A DNA stretch of 64,000 bases from an uncultured Pelagibacteraceae bacterium. Its GTDB lineage: Bacteria > Pseudomonadota > Alphaproteobacteria > Pelagibacterales > Pelagibacteraceae. The DNA is taken from NCBI GenBank assembly GCA_902604575.1, contig CACKZH010000001.1:20708-84707 (forward strand). Direction: 5' to 3'. Position 1 is the first letter of the stretch. Every line of letters starts with the position of its first letter. The notes beneath the pieces are model-generated. The model searched no databases. It was not told the DNA's origin and saw only the letters and a program-made list of their open reading frames with translations. The translations under genes were made by a program, and so were the position numbers. Below, piece after piece: positions 11,601 to 21,260 of the stretch.

Positions 11601-11659
11601 ATGTCACTGTTGCCAATCCAGTGTTTTATGATGAAAAAAATAAGAGGTTAAATGCTTAA
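8654..11659 (+). CDS. soxA: sarcosine oxidase alpha subunit
   Basis: GDTLASALLA, RSFKYHRPRG, KRYTTTGMGTDQG and a GcvT-like C-terminal domain. Start set at ATG 8654, just after the soxD stop. Confidence 0.93.
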   Translation: MTKNLRVKTSEYVDETNRISFKFNGKIYHGFKGDTLASALLANDVHLVGRSFKYHRPRGIMTSGSEEPNAIVQINSGTNRTEPNIRATEVEIYEGLEASSQNCWPSVEFDIGGLNNFLSPFLPAGFYYKTFMWPASFWEKYEFFIRHSAGLGKSPTSIDPDIYDHRNVHCDVLVVGAGISGILAAKNAAKNNFKTLLVDEKNELGGSTIYENNEFNKIDNKIPSEWLKKEIEELKSIKNLEIKTRTSVAAYHQYNYLLARENLTDHLEAKDKTNKIRQRLLKIRAKKVILATGALERPLIFNNNDRPGIMLSSAIKKYSEFYGVACGSKNVFFTNNDSAYESALSLYNKGINVEAIIDIREQSESKIVKKIKEAGIQIYWSHSIIDTTGYKRLNSVSIMKLSNDGASVTGSKISISCDCLGVAGGWTPAVHLYTQSGSKLKFDEEKKVFLPNKNTSEQISIGSCSGDFKIDEIIKNLNQKLKDTLNIKETDLDNIKVEIDQENSKRNIWLLPSDKPLGKTKPFVDYQNDATAKDIKLALREGFRSIEHVKRYTTTGMGTDQGKLGNMHALGIIADTAGVKMGELGTTTFRPPYTPLTFGTIVGRNVGKFFDIFRRTPINDWHVENKAEFENVGQWKRAWYYPINGETMHQAVQRESKAARESAGILDASTLGKIDIQGSDASEFLNRVYTNAWSKLAVGKCRYGLMLNEDGMVYDDGVTTRLGENHYIMTTTTGGAANVLGKLEDYLQTEWPELDVYLTSVTDHYATASLCGPNSKKILKKLIPDLDLSDENFPHMSFKEANIGSIQCRIMRISFTGEHSYEINVQASYGKDLWKKCMEAGQEFNITPYGTETMHLLRAEKGFIIVGQDTDGTMTPIDLQMDWIVSKKKYDFIGKRSLYRSDTMREDRKQLVGLLTDDPNIVLEEGAQIVSELNKSPIEMLGHVTSSYFSPNLNKSIALAVVRGGKDMMGKKLFVPMENKNINVTVANPVFYDEKNKRLNA

Positions 11660-12215
11660 GTACAACGCAGTAATAAATCAAGAGATAAGCACAAATGATT
11701 TAATAGTAAAAGAAATTTGTCCTGTTATAAAAATAAATTTAAGAGGTAAAACAAGAGAATTTTTTACTAGTGTTGGAAAATGTTTGAATATGATTTTACC
11801 AACAGAAGCAAATACATCATCTTCAAGCGATCAGCTTACAGCAATTTGGCAAAGTCCTGATGAATGGATGATTGTTTCTAATGAAATAGATAATAATGAT
11901 ACTAATACAAGTAAATTAAATGAATTATTATTTAACAATATATCAAAAACTAATCTAGGTGCAGTCACAAACGTTACAGATCAATTTGTTCAATTAGAAA
12001 TGAAAGGGAAAAACATCTACGATCTTTTTTCTAGTGGAAGTCCATTTAATTTTGAAGAATTTAAAGAAAGAAAAGGCTCAACTACTCAAACGATATTAAA
12101 CAACATAGATGTAATTATTCACAATAAAGATCAAAATTATGTTAATTTATATGTGAGAAGGTCATTTGCAAACCATCTATTTGATTGGATAAATGATTAT
12201 GTATCAAAATTATAA
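11652..12215 (+). CDS. soxG: sarcosine oxidase gamma subunit
   Basis: WQSPDEW, VTNVTD, VRRSFA motifs; position in soxBDAG. Confidence 0.88.
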   Translation: MLKYNAVINQEISTNDLIVKEICPVIKINLRGKTREFFTSVGKCLNMILPTEANTSSSSDQLTAIWQSPDEWMIVSNEIDNNDTNTSKLNELLFNNISKTNLGAVTNVTDQFVQLEMKGKNIYDLFSSGSPFNFEEFKERKGSTTQTILNNIDVIIHNKDQNYVNLYVRRSFANHLFDWINDYVSKL

Positions 12216-12229
12216 ACTAATTTTTTAAA

Positions 12230-14527
12230 TTGAATAAAAACCCAACTACAGAGCAAATAAACGAACTTATAAAGATTTATCAGTCAGGTGACATTGATAA
12301 GGCTGAAAACATCTCTATATCTATAAGCAGAGATTACCCATCTAATCCTTTTTCTTTAAAGATCTTGGCTCTTATTTATGAAAAAAAAGGAAAATATACT
12401 GACTCAATAGATGTAAATAAAAAAGCAATATTACTGTCACCTAATGACCCTGATCTTTATAATAATATAGCAGACGCTTACAATAAAATTGGAAAACTAA
12501 ATGATGCTATAGAAAATTACAATACGGCTATTAAAATAAAAAAGGATTATTTTCTTGCTTATTATAACTTGGGTATAATTTATCAAAAAACAAATAATTT
12601 TAATAAAGCAGAAGAAAATTTTAATTATGTCTTAAATTATAAACCTGATTTTATTGCAACATACATTAATTTAGGACTTACATTGGATAAATCTAAAAAA
12701 TATTCTGAAGCAGAAAAAATTTATAAAAAAGGAATTAAAATAAATAACAATATTTTTGAATTATTTTTTTATTTAGGTAACACTTTACAAGTACTTGGTA
12801 AAATTGAAGAGGCAGTAGAAAATTATAAAATAGCTATAAAATTAAAACCTAACTTTTTCGGAACTTATAGTAATTTAGCGAATTCTTTTCATAAATTAGG
12901 TTTATTTAGAGAAGCTATTCGATCGTATAAAAAAGCTATTGAATTAAATAACAACTCACCAGAAACATATAATAATTATGGTAATTTATTACGCCAATTA
13001 GGAAATCTAATAGATTCTGAAAATAATATTAAAAAAGCTATTACATTGAATCCAAATTTTGCAAAGGCCTATGCTAACTTGGGAAATGTTTATAGAATGA
13101 CAGGTAAAATTGATGAATCTATAGAAGTCTATGAAAAAGCGATAAGTATTGAACCTGAATTACATAGTGCAGAAGCTCATTTAATATTTCAAAAAAAGAA
13201 TGTTTGTGATTTTACTATTTCAGAAAAAATTTTAAAAAAATCGTCAACACTAGGAATTACAACTAAATCAATATCACCTTTTTCTGCAATATCTTGGAAT
13301 GACAATCCTGAAGAACAGTTTCTAAGATCAAAAAAATATGTTGAAGAAAATTTTAACAATAAAAATTTTTTAATGAATCATAAATTTAATTATAAAAATA
13401 AAAAACTTAAAATTGGATATTTCAGTGCTGATTTTTATGATTTTCCCTCTATGCATGTGATGATTGGATTATTAGAAAATCATAATAAAAATTTATTTGA
13501 GATTTATGCTTTCTCCTTTGGTCCAAATAATAATGATTGGATGAATAAAAGAGTTAAATCTGCAGTTGACCATTTCATTGATGTAGCGAATTTATCTACA
13601 AAAGAAATTATTGAAAAAGTTCATAATTTAGAGATTGATATAGCTATAGATGAGAATGGTTACACATTTAATGCTCGTACTGAGTTATTCCAAAATAGAT
13701 TGTCACCTATTCAAATAAATTTTATGGGTTTTCCTAGTACTTCAGGTGCAAATTTTATAGATTATATAATTGCTGATAAGATTGTTATTCCTAGTGAGTT
13801 TAGAAAATTTTATTCCGAAAAGGTTATCTACCTACCTCATAGTTTTATGCCAAGTGATAATATAAAAGAAATTTCTTGTAAAAATACTACACGAGAAGAA
13901 TTTAATTTACCAAAAGATGCTTTTGTACTTTGTTGTTTTAATAAGACATACAAAATCAGTTTAATAGAATTTGATATATGGATGAGAATATTAAATAAAA
14001 TAGAAAACAGTGTTCTTTGGCTTTTAGAGTCCAATGAACAAGCAATGCAAAATTTAAAACAAGAAGCAAAAAAAAAAGGTGTAAGTCCTAAACGACTAAT
14101 TTTTGCAAAAAAAATACCAATATCAGAACATTTAGAACGCCACAAACATGCAAATCTATTTGTTGATACATTTAACTATAATGCTCATGTTACAGCGAAT
14201 GATTCTTTATGGGCCGGTTTGCCAGTTGTCACTAAGGAAGGAAAGCAATTTGCAGCTAGAGTATCATCAAGCTTACTAAATTCAATTGATCTCAAGGAAT
14301 TAATTACAAAAAATACTGATGATTATGAAAAATTAATTTTAGAATTAGCTTTAAATAAAAATAAACTTTCCAAAATTAAAGAAAAGCTATCAACTAATAG
14401 ATTAAAAATAAAACCATTGTTTAATACAGAGCTTTATACTAAAAATTTTGAGAATGGATTACAAAAAGCTTTTGCACTCTATCAAAATGGCAAAAAACCA
14501 AGAGATATAAATGTTTCTTCAATCTAA
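12230..14527 (+). CDS. TPR-repeat protein with C-terminal GT41 (O-GlcNAc transferase/SPINDLY-like) glycosyltransferase domain
   Basis: About 9-10 TPRs (e.g. AYYNLG, TYNNYG, AYANLG), then KIGYFSADF, PIQINFMGFPSTSG, CCFNKTYKI, DTFNYNAH...LWAGLPVVT. TTG start. Confidence 0.88.
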   Translation: MNKNPTTEQINELIKIYQSGDIDKAENISISISRDYPSNPFSLKILALIYEKKGKYTDSIDVNKKAILLSPNDPDLYNNIADAYNKIGKLNDAIENYNTAIKIKKDYFLAYYNLGIIYQKTNNFNKAEENFNYVLNYKPDFIATYINLGLTLDKSKKYSEAEKIYKKGIKINNNIFELFFYLGNTLQVLGKIEEAVENYKIAIKLKPNFFGTYSNLANSFHKLGLFREAIRSYKKAIELNNNSPETYNNYGNLLRQLGNLIDSENNIKKAITLNPNFAKAYANLGNVYRMTGKIDESIEVYEKAISIEPELHSAEAHLIFQKKNVCDFTISEKILKKSSTLGITTKSISPFSAISWNDNPEEQFLRSKKYVEENFNNKNFLMNHKFNYKNKKLKIGYFSADFYDFPSMHVMIGLLENHNKNLFEIYAFSFGPNNNDWMNKRVKSAVDHFIDVANLSTKEIIEKVHNLEIDIAIDENGYTFNARTELFQNRLSPIQINFMGFPSTSGANFIDYIIADKIVIPSEFRKFYSEKVIYLPHSFMPSDNIKEISCKNTTREEFNLPKDAFVLCCFNKTYKISLIEFDIWMRILNKIENSVLWLLESNEQAMQNLKQEAKKKGVSPKRLIFAKKIPISEHLERHKHANLFVDTFNYNAHVTANDSLWAGLPVVTKEGKQFAARVSSSLLNSIDLKELITKNTDDYEKLILELALNKNKLSKIKEKLSTNRLKIKPLFNTELYTKNFENGLQKAFALYQNGKKPRDINVSSI

Positions 14528-14531
14528 AATG

Positions 14532-15080
14532 TCAATTATTTGTTGAACTATTTTTTTTAGAATTTCTGTAGCGCCATGGCATTTCAAATTTACCTTGCCA
14601 AAGGCCTTTTTTTTCATTTTTAGCATTAATTTCGTTTGATATATATTTTTTTGAGTATTTTCTATAAGCTACTGCATAACCGTTTGAAACTAGCCAAGAA
14701 TTCAGATTTAAATTTCTTTTATAACATTCTCCAATAAATCTTTTGTATCTATCAACATCCAAAATTTTACAAGTTATTACTTTGTTATTTATTTTATTTT
14801 GTAATTTTTGAGTTGAAATTTTTCCACATGGATAATCTTTAGTAAAAGTAAAAAAAATTATTGTTAGATATGGTTTTTTACACATTTGCTTGAATTCAGG
14901 TGCATCAATTCCGTATAATCTTATCTTTTTTGAATTTATTTTTATTGTATCACCATCAATAATTTGAGCATTTCCAGAAATTTCTTTAATCTCTTCAGAC
15001 CTAACATCGTTATATGTGAGAATAAAAAAAATCGAACAAATTATAATTAAAATTATCGCTTTTCTTTTTGTAAAAAACAT
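14532..15080 (-). CDS. membrane-anchored thermonuclease (SNase-like) family protein
   Basis: N-terminal hydrophobic anchor; IIDGDTI, IRLYGIDAPE, DRYKR, GLWQG motifs. Confidence 0.85.
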   Translation of the reverse strand: MFFTKRKAIILIIICSIFFILTYNDVRSEEIKEISGNAQIIDGDTIKINSKKIRLYGIDAPEFKQMCKKPYLTIIFFTFTKDYPCGKISTQKLQNKINNKVITCKILDVDRYKRFIGECYKRNLNLNSWLVSNGYAVAYRKYSKKYISNEINAKNEKKGLWQGKFEMPWRYRNSKKNSSTNN

Positions 15081-15092
15081 ATTTAAAAAATA

Positions 15093-16430
15093 TTAAATAT
15101 TAGCTAATTTATGTTTAATATAATATTTAACATAAAAAAGTAACATCAATGATATCAACCATTGAAAGATGGCCCAAATATAAAAAAAAGTTTTAAAATC
15201 TGCATTTAAATACTTTGCAATGTAAAAGGATAAAACTGGCACTATAACATTTCTGGCAATATTATTAACCATGGCTTTTTCAGATTTTTTTAAAGCCATA
15301 AAGAATCCATTTGATAAGAAAAATATTGGATAAGCAGGTAAAATAAATGCTGAAATCTTAAGGTACATCGAGCCATGCATAATTACCTCTGGGTTTGAAG
15401 AAAAGAATTTAGGAACAAAGTCAGCACTTATAAAAATAACTACACCAGCGATTAACATTATAATTAGACCGTATTTTATTGAAGTAAAATAGGATTGCTC
15501 CACTCTATCGTAATATTTTGCACCAATATTTTGCGCTATTATAGAAATTATTGCTGTATTAATTCCTAATATTGGTAACAAAACTACTTGCTCAATTCTT
15601 GTGGCAGATCCATACCCTGCAACAGCATATTCACCAAATAACCCAACATATGTAAAAACAATTGTTGCAGCAATAGAATACCCTAATATGGCAATTGTAA
15701 TTGGCATTGATTGAAAAAAAATATTTTTTAAGAAAAAAAATTTAGCTTTGAAATGGCCTAAAGTTATTTGTTTAATTCTTTGATTGTTTAATATTTTTAT
15801 CAAAATAACTAACAAAGATACAAATTGAGCAATTAAAGTTGCTATCCCAATACCAGTTATTCCTAATGGTGGTATAAATAAAAAACCAAATATAAAAATT
15901 GGATTTAAAATAATGTTTAAGAAAAAAGAAAATATTAGAACATTTCTGTAAGTTTTAGTATCTCCTTCTGCGTGTAAGAATGAATTTAATGCTACTACTA
16001 AAATAAATAATATCGTACCTAAAAAAATTACATTTATATATTCGAGTCCAAGAATTGTTACTTCTTGAGAGGAATTCATTAATAAGAATATCTTTTCACC
16101 AAAAGCAAATCCTATAATAGATACAACTATCGAGATTATAATGGAATAAATGATTACATTTCCAAAATAACTTAAAACATTTTTTTCGTTTTTTTCTCCG
16201 ATACTACTGCCTATCAATGATGTTCCTGCTACGGTAACTCCAATTGATGTCGCAATAATCAAAAAATATATTGGAAAAGACTTGCTCAAAGCAGATAAGG
16301 CTTCTGGCGATATTTTTCCTGCATAAAAAGTATCTACAATTGTATAAAGTGTTTGGAATAAGGTTCCTACACTTGCTGGTACAGCAAGTTTTCTTACTAA
16401 CAACGAAACTTCATCTTTTAATAAATTCAT
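15093..16430 (-). CDS. MATE family efflux transporter
   Basis: About 12 hydrophobic segments; LYTIVDTFYAG, GDTKT, NIILNPIFIFG, AQNIGAK motifs. Confidence 0.88.
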   Translation of the reverse strand: MNLLKDEVSLLVRKLAVPASVGTLFQTLYTIVDTFYAGKISPEALSALSKSFPIYFLIIATSIGVTVAGTSLIGSSIGEKNEKNVLSYFGNVIIYSIIISIVVSIIGFAFGEKIFLLMNSSQEVTILGLEYINVIFLGTILFILVVALNSFLHAEGDTKTYRNVLIFSFFLNIILNPIFIFGFLFIPPLGITGIGIATLIAQFVSLLVILIKILNNQRIKQITLGHFKAKFFFLKNIFFQSMPITIAILGYSIAATIVFTYVGLFGEYAVAGYGSATRIEQVVLLPILGINTAIISIIAQNIGAKYYDRVEQSYFTSIKYGLIIMLIAGVVIFISADFVPKFFSSNPEVIMHGSMYLKISAFILPAYPIFFLSNGFFMALKKSEKAMVNNIARNVIVPVLSFYIAKYLNADFKTFFYIWAIFQWLISLMLLFYVKYYIKHKLANI

Positions 16431-16444
16431 TAGTTTAAGATTTG

Positions 16445-17350
16445 TTAATACACTTTTTGGAAGATATGTCTTTTTCCTGCTTCTTTAGCAAGATTAATTT
16501 GTTTTTGTCTCATCCTAAATCTTGATTTTTGATGATCTGTTAGATTGTCGTGACAATTTGGACATGAAACACCCTCTTCATATTTTTTTGATTTTTTGTC
16601 CTTACGAGATACAGGCTTCCTACAACCGCTACACATTGAGTAAGAACCAACTTTTAGACCATGTTTTAAACTAATCCTGTTATCAAAAACAAAGCATTCA
16701 CCTTTCCATAAACTTTTTTTCTTATTTGTTTTTTTAAGATAATTTAAAATTCCACCATTTAACTGATAAATGTTATTAAACCCTTTATTCTCCAAATAAA
16801 CAGATGCCTTTTCACAACGAATTCCACCAGTACAAAACATGGCAATAGGTTGATTTTTTTTTAATTTTTTTAGATATTTTGGAAAATCTCTAAAGTTATC
16901 AACATCAGGATTGATTGCTCCCTTAAATGTTCCAACATCGTACTCAAATGGTTTTCTCGCATCTATAAGAACAGTATCCTTTTCTTTAATCAGCTTATTC
17001 CATTTGATTGGATCTACATGGCTATCTTTTTTCTTTATTCTTTTATTTAAAATTAAATTCATAGGAACAACTTCATTTTTAATTTTAACTTTAGGTTTGT
17101 GAAACGGTTGAAATAAACTTTTGGAGACATTACTGCTATTAAATTCTTTAAATTTAAGAGTTCTTTTTAAATTGTTAATTGTGAATTTAATGTCTGCAGC
17201 TTTACCAGAGATAGTTCCATTTACTCCTTCTTTAGAGATAATTATCGTACCTCTAATGTTTTTCTTTTTTAAAGTTTCTAATAAAACTTTTTGATTTTTC
17301 TTTAGATAAGAAATTTTGACAAATTTATAAAAACCAACTACTTCAAACAT
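16445..17350 (-). CDS. trhO: rhodanese-domain tRNA uridine(34) hydroxylase (TrhO/YceA family)
   Basis: FYKF, EGVNGT, MFCTGGIRCEKAS, GGILNY, WKGECFVFDNR motifs and a C-terminal Cys cluster. Confidence 0.88.
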   Translation of the reverse strand: MFEVVGFYKFVKISYLKKNQKVLLETLKKKNIRGTIIISKEGVNGTISGKAADIKFTINNLKRTLKFKEFNSSNVSKSLFQPFHKPKVKIKNEVVPMNLILNKRIKKKDSHVDPIKWNKLIKEKDTVLIDARKPFEYDVGTFKGAINPDVDNFRDFPKYLKKLKKNQPIAMFCTGGIRCEKASVYLENKGFNNIYQLNGGILNYLKKTNKKKSLWKGECFVFDNRISLKHGLKVGSYSMCSGCRKPVSRKDKKSKKYEEGVSCPNCHDNLTDHQKSRFRMRQKQINLAKEAGKRHIFQKVY

Positions 17351-18000
17351 TATAATTTTCTACAAACAGTCATACCATCACCAAGAGGAATTATTAACTT
17401 TTCAACCCTTGTATCCTTAGAGATATGACTATTAAACTCTTTAATATTTATAGTAAATTTATCAGTGTTGTTTTCATTCACAACTTCTCCATACCATAAA
17501 ACATTATCAATGATTATTAGACCATTTTTGTTCAATAATTGTAAAGAACGTTCATAGTATTCAATGTAATTCATTTTATCAGCATCAATAAAGATTAAAT
17601 CAAACTTTTCATTTTTAATTTCATCTAAACTTTCTAAAGCAGGTTTAATTAATGTTTTTATTTTATGCTCTTGATTAGCTTTTTTAAAAAAATCTATTGC
17701 AACTTTATTAGTTTCTTCATTTTTATCTAAAGAAATTATTTTGCCATCATCTGATAACGCCAAAGCCATAGATAAGGTACTTAATCCTGTAAATGTACCT
17801 ATCTCTAAAATTTTTTTGATATTTGAAATTTTTATAATTAAATGCAGAAATTGACTTTGTGAAATTGAGATTTGCATTCTTTTGATATCACCAAGAGAAG
17901 TGTTGTAATCAATTATTTCTTTTTGAACTGGATGTAAATTAAATCCATGACTTAAAATATACTCTTGGAGTTCTTTAGTTATATTTAGGTCTGAACCCAT
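17350..18000 (-). CDS. class I SAM/metal-dependent O-methyltransferase (CCoAOMT/COMT/TrmR family)
   Basis: LEIGTFTGLS, FIDADK, IIDNVLWYG, PLGDG motifs. Confidence 0.88.
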   Translation of the reverse strand: MGSDLNITKELQEYILSHGFNLHPVQKEIIDYNTSLGDIKRMQISISQSQFLHLIIKISNIKKILEIGTFTGLSTLSMALALSDDGKIISLDKNEETNKVAIDFFKKANQEHKIKTLIKPALESLDEIKNEKFDLIFIDADKMNYIEYYERSLQLLNKNGLIIIDNVLWYGEVVNENNTDKFTINIKEFNSHISKDTRVEKLIIPLGDGMTVCRKL

Positions 18001-18005
18001 AAATT

Positions 18006-19469
18006 CTAAAGTTTTTTCTTTAAAATCTCATTAACTAATTGAGGATTTGCTTTTCCACCAGAAACTTTCATTACTTGACCTACAAAGAAACCAAATAATT
18101 TAACTTTACCTGATTTATATTCGGTAGCTTTGTCTCTGTTATCATCAATAACCTTATCTATTAGTACCTCAAGTGCTTTTGGATCACTCTCTTGTTTTAA
18201 ACCTTTTTCTTCAACAATTTTCTTAGGATCTTTATCTCCTTCCATCATTTGTTCAAAAACTGTTTTTGCAATTTTTCCAGAAATTGTTCCATCTTTAATT
18301 AAATTAATTAATTTTGATAAGTTGCCTGCGCTTATAGGGCTTTCTGTTATTTCTAAATTTTTTTCATTTAAGGCTGCAAATAATTCACCAATTATCCAAT
18401 TTGTTGCAAGTTTTACATCCGATTTCTTAATTACATTTTCAAAGTAATTTGATGTTTCAATATCAGAAACTAAAATGTTTGCTTCGTAAGGTGATAATTT
18501 GAATTTTTCTATAAATCTTTTTTTCTTTTCGTCAGGTAGCTCTGGAATTTCTGATTTTAAATTTTCAATAAAATCATCTGAAACTTCTAATGGCAATAAG
18601 TCTGGATCTGGAAAATATCTATAATCATGAGCATCCTCTTTCGATCTCATTGATCTAGTTTCATTATTTTTAGTGTCAAAAAGTCTTGTTTCTTGATCAA
18701 TAGTTTGACCATCCTCAATTAAATCAACTTGTCTATTAGCTTCATATTCAATTGCCATTTGCATGAATTTTATTGAGTTAACATTTTTTATCTCACATCT
18801 AGTTCCAAATTCTTTTGAACCTTTTTTTCTAACAGATACGTTTACATCGGCTCTTAAAGATCCTTCCTGCATGTTTCCATCACAGGTGCCTAAATATCTC
18901 ATTATAGATCTTAATTTTTTAATATATGCATTTACTTCATCTGGGGACCTTAGGTCAGGTTTGCTTACAATTTCCATTAAAGCCACACCCGATCTATTTA
19001 AATCTACAAAAGTATTTTTAGGATCTAAATCATGAATGCTTTTACCTGCATCTTGTTCCAAGTGTAATCTTTCTATGCCTACCTCTTTTTGACCTTCTGG
19101 CATATCAAGTATTACTTTACCTTCACCTACAATTGGATCTTTGAATTGTGAGATTTGATACCCCTGAGGTAAGTCAGCATAAAAATAATTTTTTCTATCA
19201 AAGACAGATCTCTTATTGATTTTAGCTTTTAAACCAATTCCTGTTTTGATGGCTTGTTTTACACAATACTCGTTTATTACTGGCAACATTCCTGGAAACG
19301 CTGCATCAACTAAACTTACTTGAGTATTTGGCTCAGCTCCAAATTTGGTCGCTGATGTTGAGAATAATTTTGACTCCGATGTAACTTGTGCATGAACTTC
19401 TAAACCAATAACAACTTCATATTGATTATCATGTCTATTAATTAGATATTCAGATTTGTTATTACTCAC
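18006..19469 (-). CDS. gatB: Asp/Glu-tRNA amidotransferase subunit B
   Basis: [37 protein letters not shown] motifs; GTG start. Confidence 0.98.
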   Translation of the reverse strand: MSNNKSEYLINRHDNQYEVVIGLEVHAQVTSESKLFSTSATKFGAEPNTQVSLVDAAFPGMLPVINEYCVKQAIKTGIGLKAKINKRSVFDRKNYFYADLPQGYQISQFKDPIVGEGKVILDMPEGQKEVGIERLHLEQDAGKSIHDLDPKNTFVDLNRSGVALMEIVSKPDLRSPDEVNAYIKKLRSIMRYLGTCDGNMQEGSLRADVNVSVRKKGSKEFGTRCEIKNVNSIKFMQMAIEYEANRQVDLIEDGQTIDQETRLFDTKNNETRSMRSKEDAHDYRYFPDPDLLPLEVSDDFIENLKSEIPELPDEKKKRFIEKFKLSPYEANILVSDIETSNYFENVIKKSDVKLATNWIIGELFAALNEKNLEITESPISAGNLSKLINLIKDGTISGKIAKTVFEQMMEGDKDPKKIVEEKGLKQESDPKALEVLIDKVIDDNRDKATEYKSGKVKLFGFFVGQVMKVSGGKANPQLVNEILKKKL

Positions 19470-20923
19470 TTAATCCACCAATCAGTAATATTGTTTTTAA
19501 AATCAATTTTTTCTTCCATAGCATATGCAATGTTTAAAATATTCTGTTCATCAAAAGCTTTACCAATTATCTGTAATCCTAATGGATACCCTTTAGCATC
19601 ATGACCTGCGGGTATAGAAATTCCAGGTAAACCTGCTAAATTTACAGGAACAGTAAAAATATCATTTAAATACATTGAAACCGGATCATTTGTTTTTTCA
19701 CCAATTTTAAACGCAGAACTTGGGGTAGATGGCGTTAGAATTGCATCAACTTTTTTATAAGCATCGTCAAAATCATTTTTAATAAGTTTTCTTACCTTTT
19801 GTGCTTTAAGATAATAAGCATCATAATATCCTGAAGATAAAACATAAGTTCCAATCATTATTCTTCTTTGAACCTCAGCACCAAATCCTTCAGATCTAGT
19901 TTTTTCATACATATCAATAAGATTTTCTCCTTCAGCTCTAAAACCGTATTTAACACCGTCGTATCTAGCCAAATTAGATGATGCCTCTGCTGGTGCTACT
20001 ATGTAATAAGTTGGTAGTGCATAATTAGTATGAGGTAGAGATATATCGATAATCTCAGCACCACAATCTTTTGCGTATTCAATACCTTTTTTCCATAGGT
20101 CTTCTATTTCTTTAGGCATGCCATCTACTCTATATTCTTTAGGTATTCCTATTTTTTTACCTTTAATATCTTTTGTTAATTCTTTGCTGTACTTGTTTCT
20201 TTTAAAATCTATTGAAGTAGAATCTTTTTCATCATAAGTGCTAATAACTTCCTGTAACAATGCACAATCTTTAACATTTTGTGCCATTGGACCAGCTTGA
20301 TCTAGGGATGATGCAAATGCTACAATTCCGTATCTAGAGCAACTACCATAAGTAGGTTTTAATCCGACAGTTCCAGTAAATGAAGCAGGCTGTCTTATAG
20401 ATCCACCTGTATCTGTTCCAATAGTTATTGGTGTTAATTGAGCTGCTACAGCAGAAGATGATCCACCAGAGGATCCTCCTGGAACTAAATTTTTATCAAT
20501 TGGGTTTTGTACATTACCAAAAAAACTAGTTTCATTAGATGAACCCATTGCAAATTCATCACAATTTAATTTACCCATTAGGATAGCTCCTTCATTCCAA
20601 ATGTTTTGTGTGACTGTTGACTCGTATGTTGGAACAAAGTTATTTAAAATCTTACTACCTGCTGTAGTCCTTAAATCTCTTGTACAAAATAAATCTTTTA
20701 CAGCCATTGGAATACCAGGTAATTTCAGATCAAGATTAGGTTTTTCATCAAATTTTTTTGCTTTATTTAAAGCATTTGCATAATCTTCAGTTATATATGC
20801 ATTTAATTCTTTTGATTTTTCTGATCTTTCAACAAATGCTTTAGTAACTTCACTTGAGGAAAGTTTTTTACCTTTTATATTTTCTACTAACTCAGATAAT
20901 GATTGTTTAGTTATATCTGACAT
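19466..20923 (-). CDS. gatA: Asp/Glu-tRNA amidotransferase subunit A
   Basis: Amidase signature [31 protein letters not shown]. Confidence 0.98.
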   Translation of the reverse strand: MSDITKQSLSELVENIKGKKLSSSEVTKAFVERSEKSKELNAYITEDYANALNKAKKFDEKPNLDLKLPGIPMAVKDLFCTRDLRTTAGSKILNNFVPTYESTVTQNIWNEGAILMGKLNCDEFAMGSSNETSFFGNVQNPIDKNLVPGGSSGGSSSAVAAQLTPITIGTDTGGSIRQPASFTGTVGLKPTYGSCSRYGIVAFASSLDQAGPMAQNVKDCALLQEVISTYDEKDSTSIDFKRNKYSKELTKDIKGKKIGIPKEYRVDGMPKEIEDLWKKGIEYAKDCGAEIIDISLPHTNYALPTYYIVAPAEASSNLARYDGVKYGFRAEGENLIDMYEKTRSEGFGAEVQRRIMIGTYVLSSGYYDAYYLKAQKVRKLIKNDFDDAYKKVDAILTPSTPSSAFKIGEKTNDPVSMYLNDIFTVPVNLAGLPGISIPAGHDAKGYPLGLQIIGKAFDEQNILNIAYAMEEKIDFKNNITDWWIK

Positions 20924-21210
20924 TATTCAATTACCTTTGGTACTACAAAATAATCTTCATTTTCCTTAGGAGAATTTTTTATTACTTGATCTCGTAAGTT
21001 TTTACTTTTTACTTCATCTGACCTTAGTTTTAGAGTTGTTTCAGCAACAGAAGTTAATGGTTCAACATTGTCAGTTTTTAATTCGTTAAGTTTTTCAATA
21101 AAATCGAAAATAGAATTTAAATCTCCTACAAGTTTCTCTGCTTTTTTCTCATCTACAGAAATTCTTGATAGTTTAGATATGTGCTTTATTGTTTTAAGAT
21201 CGATGCTCAT
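20923..21210 (-). CDS. gatC: Asp/Glu-tRNA amidotransferase subunit C
   Basis: [17 protein letters not shown]...YFVVPKVIE; start set at ATG 21210. Confidence 0.93.
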   Translation of the reverse strand: MSIDLKTIKHISKLSRISVDEKKAEKLVGDLNSIFDFIEKLNELKTDNVEPLTSVAETTLKLRSDEVKSKNLRDQVIKNSPKENEDYFVVPKVIE

Positions 21211-21260
21211 ATGGTATTTAAATATGTCGCAAACTATCACTTAAGTTTAAAATATACAAT

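Noticed and set aside
7124-12215. soxBDAG as a novel system
   Set aside because: Well-known family in SAR11 C1 metabolism. Sarcosine oxidase and N-methylglutamate dehydrogenase cannot be distinguished by eye, but neither is new.
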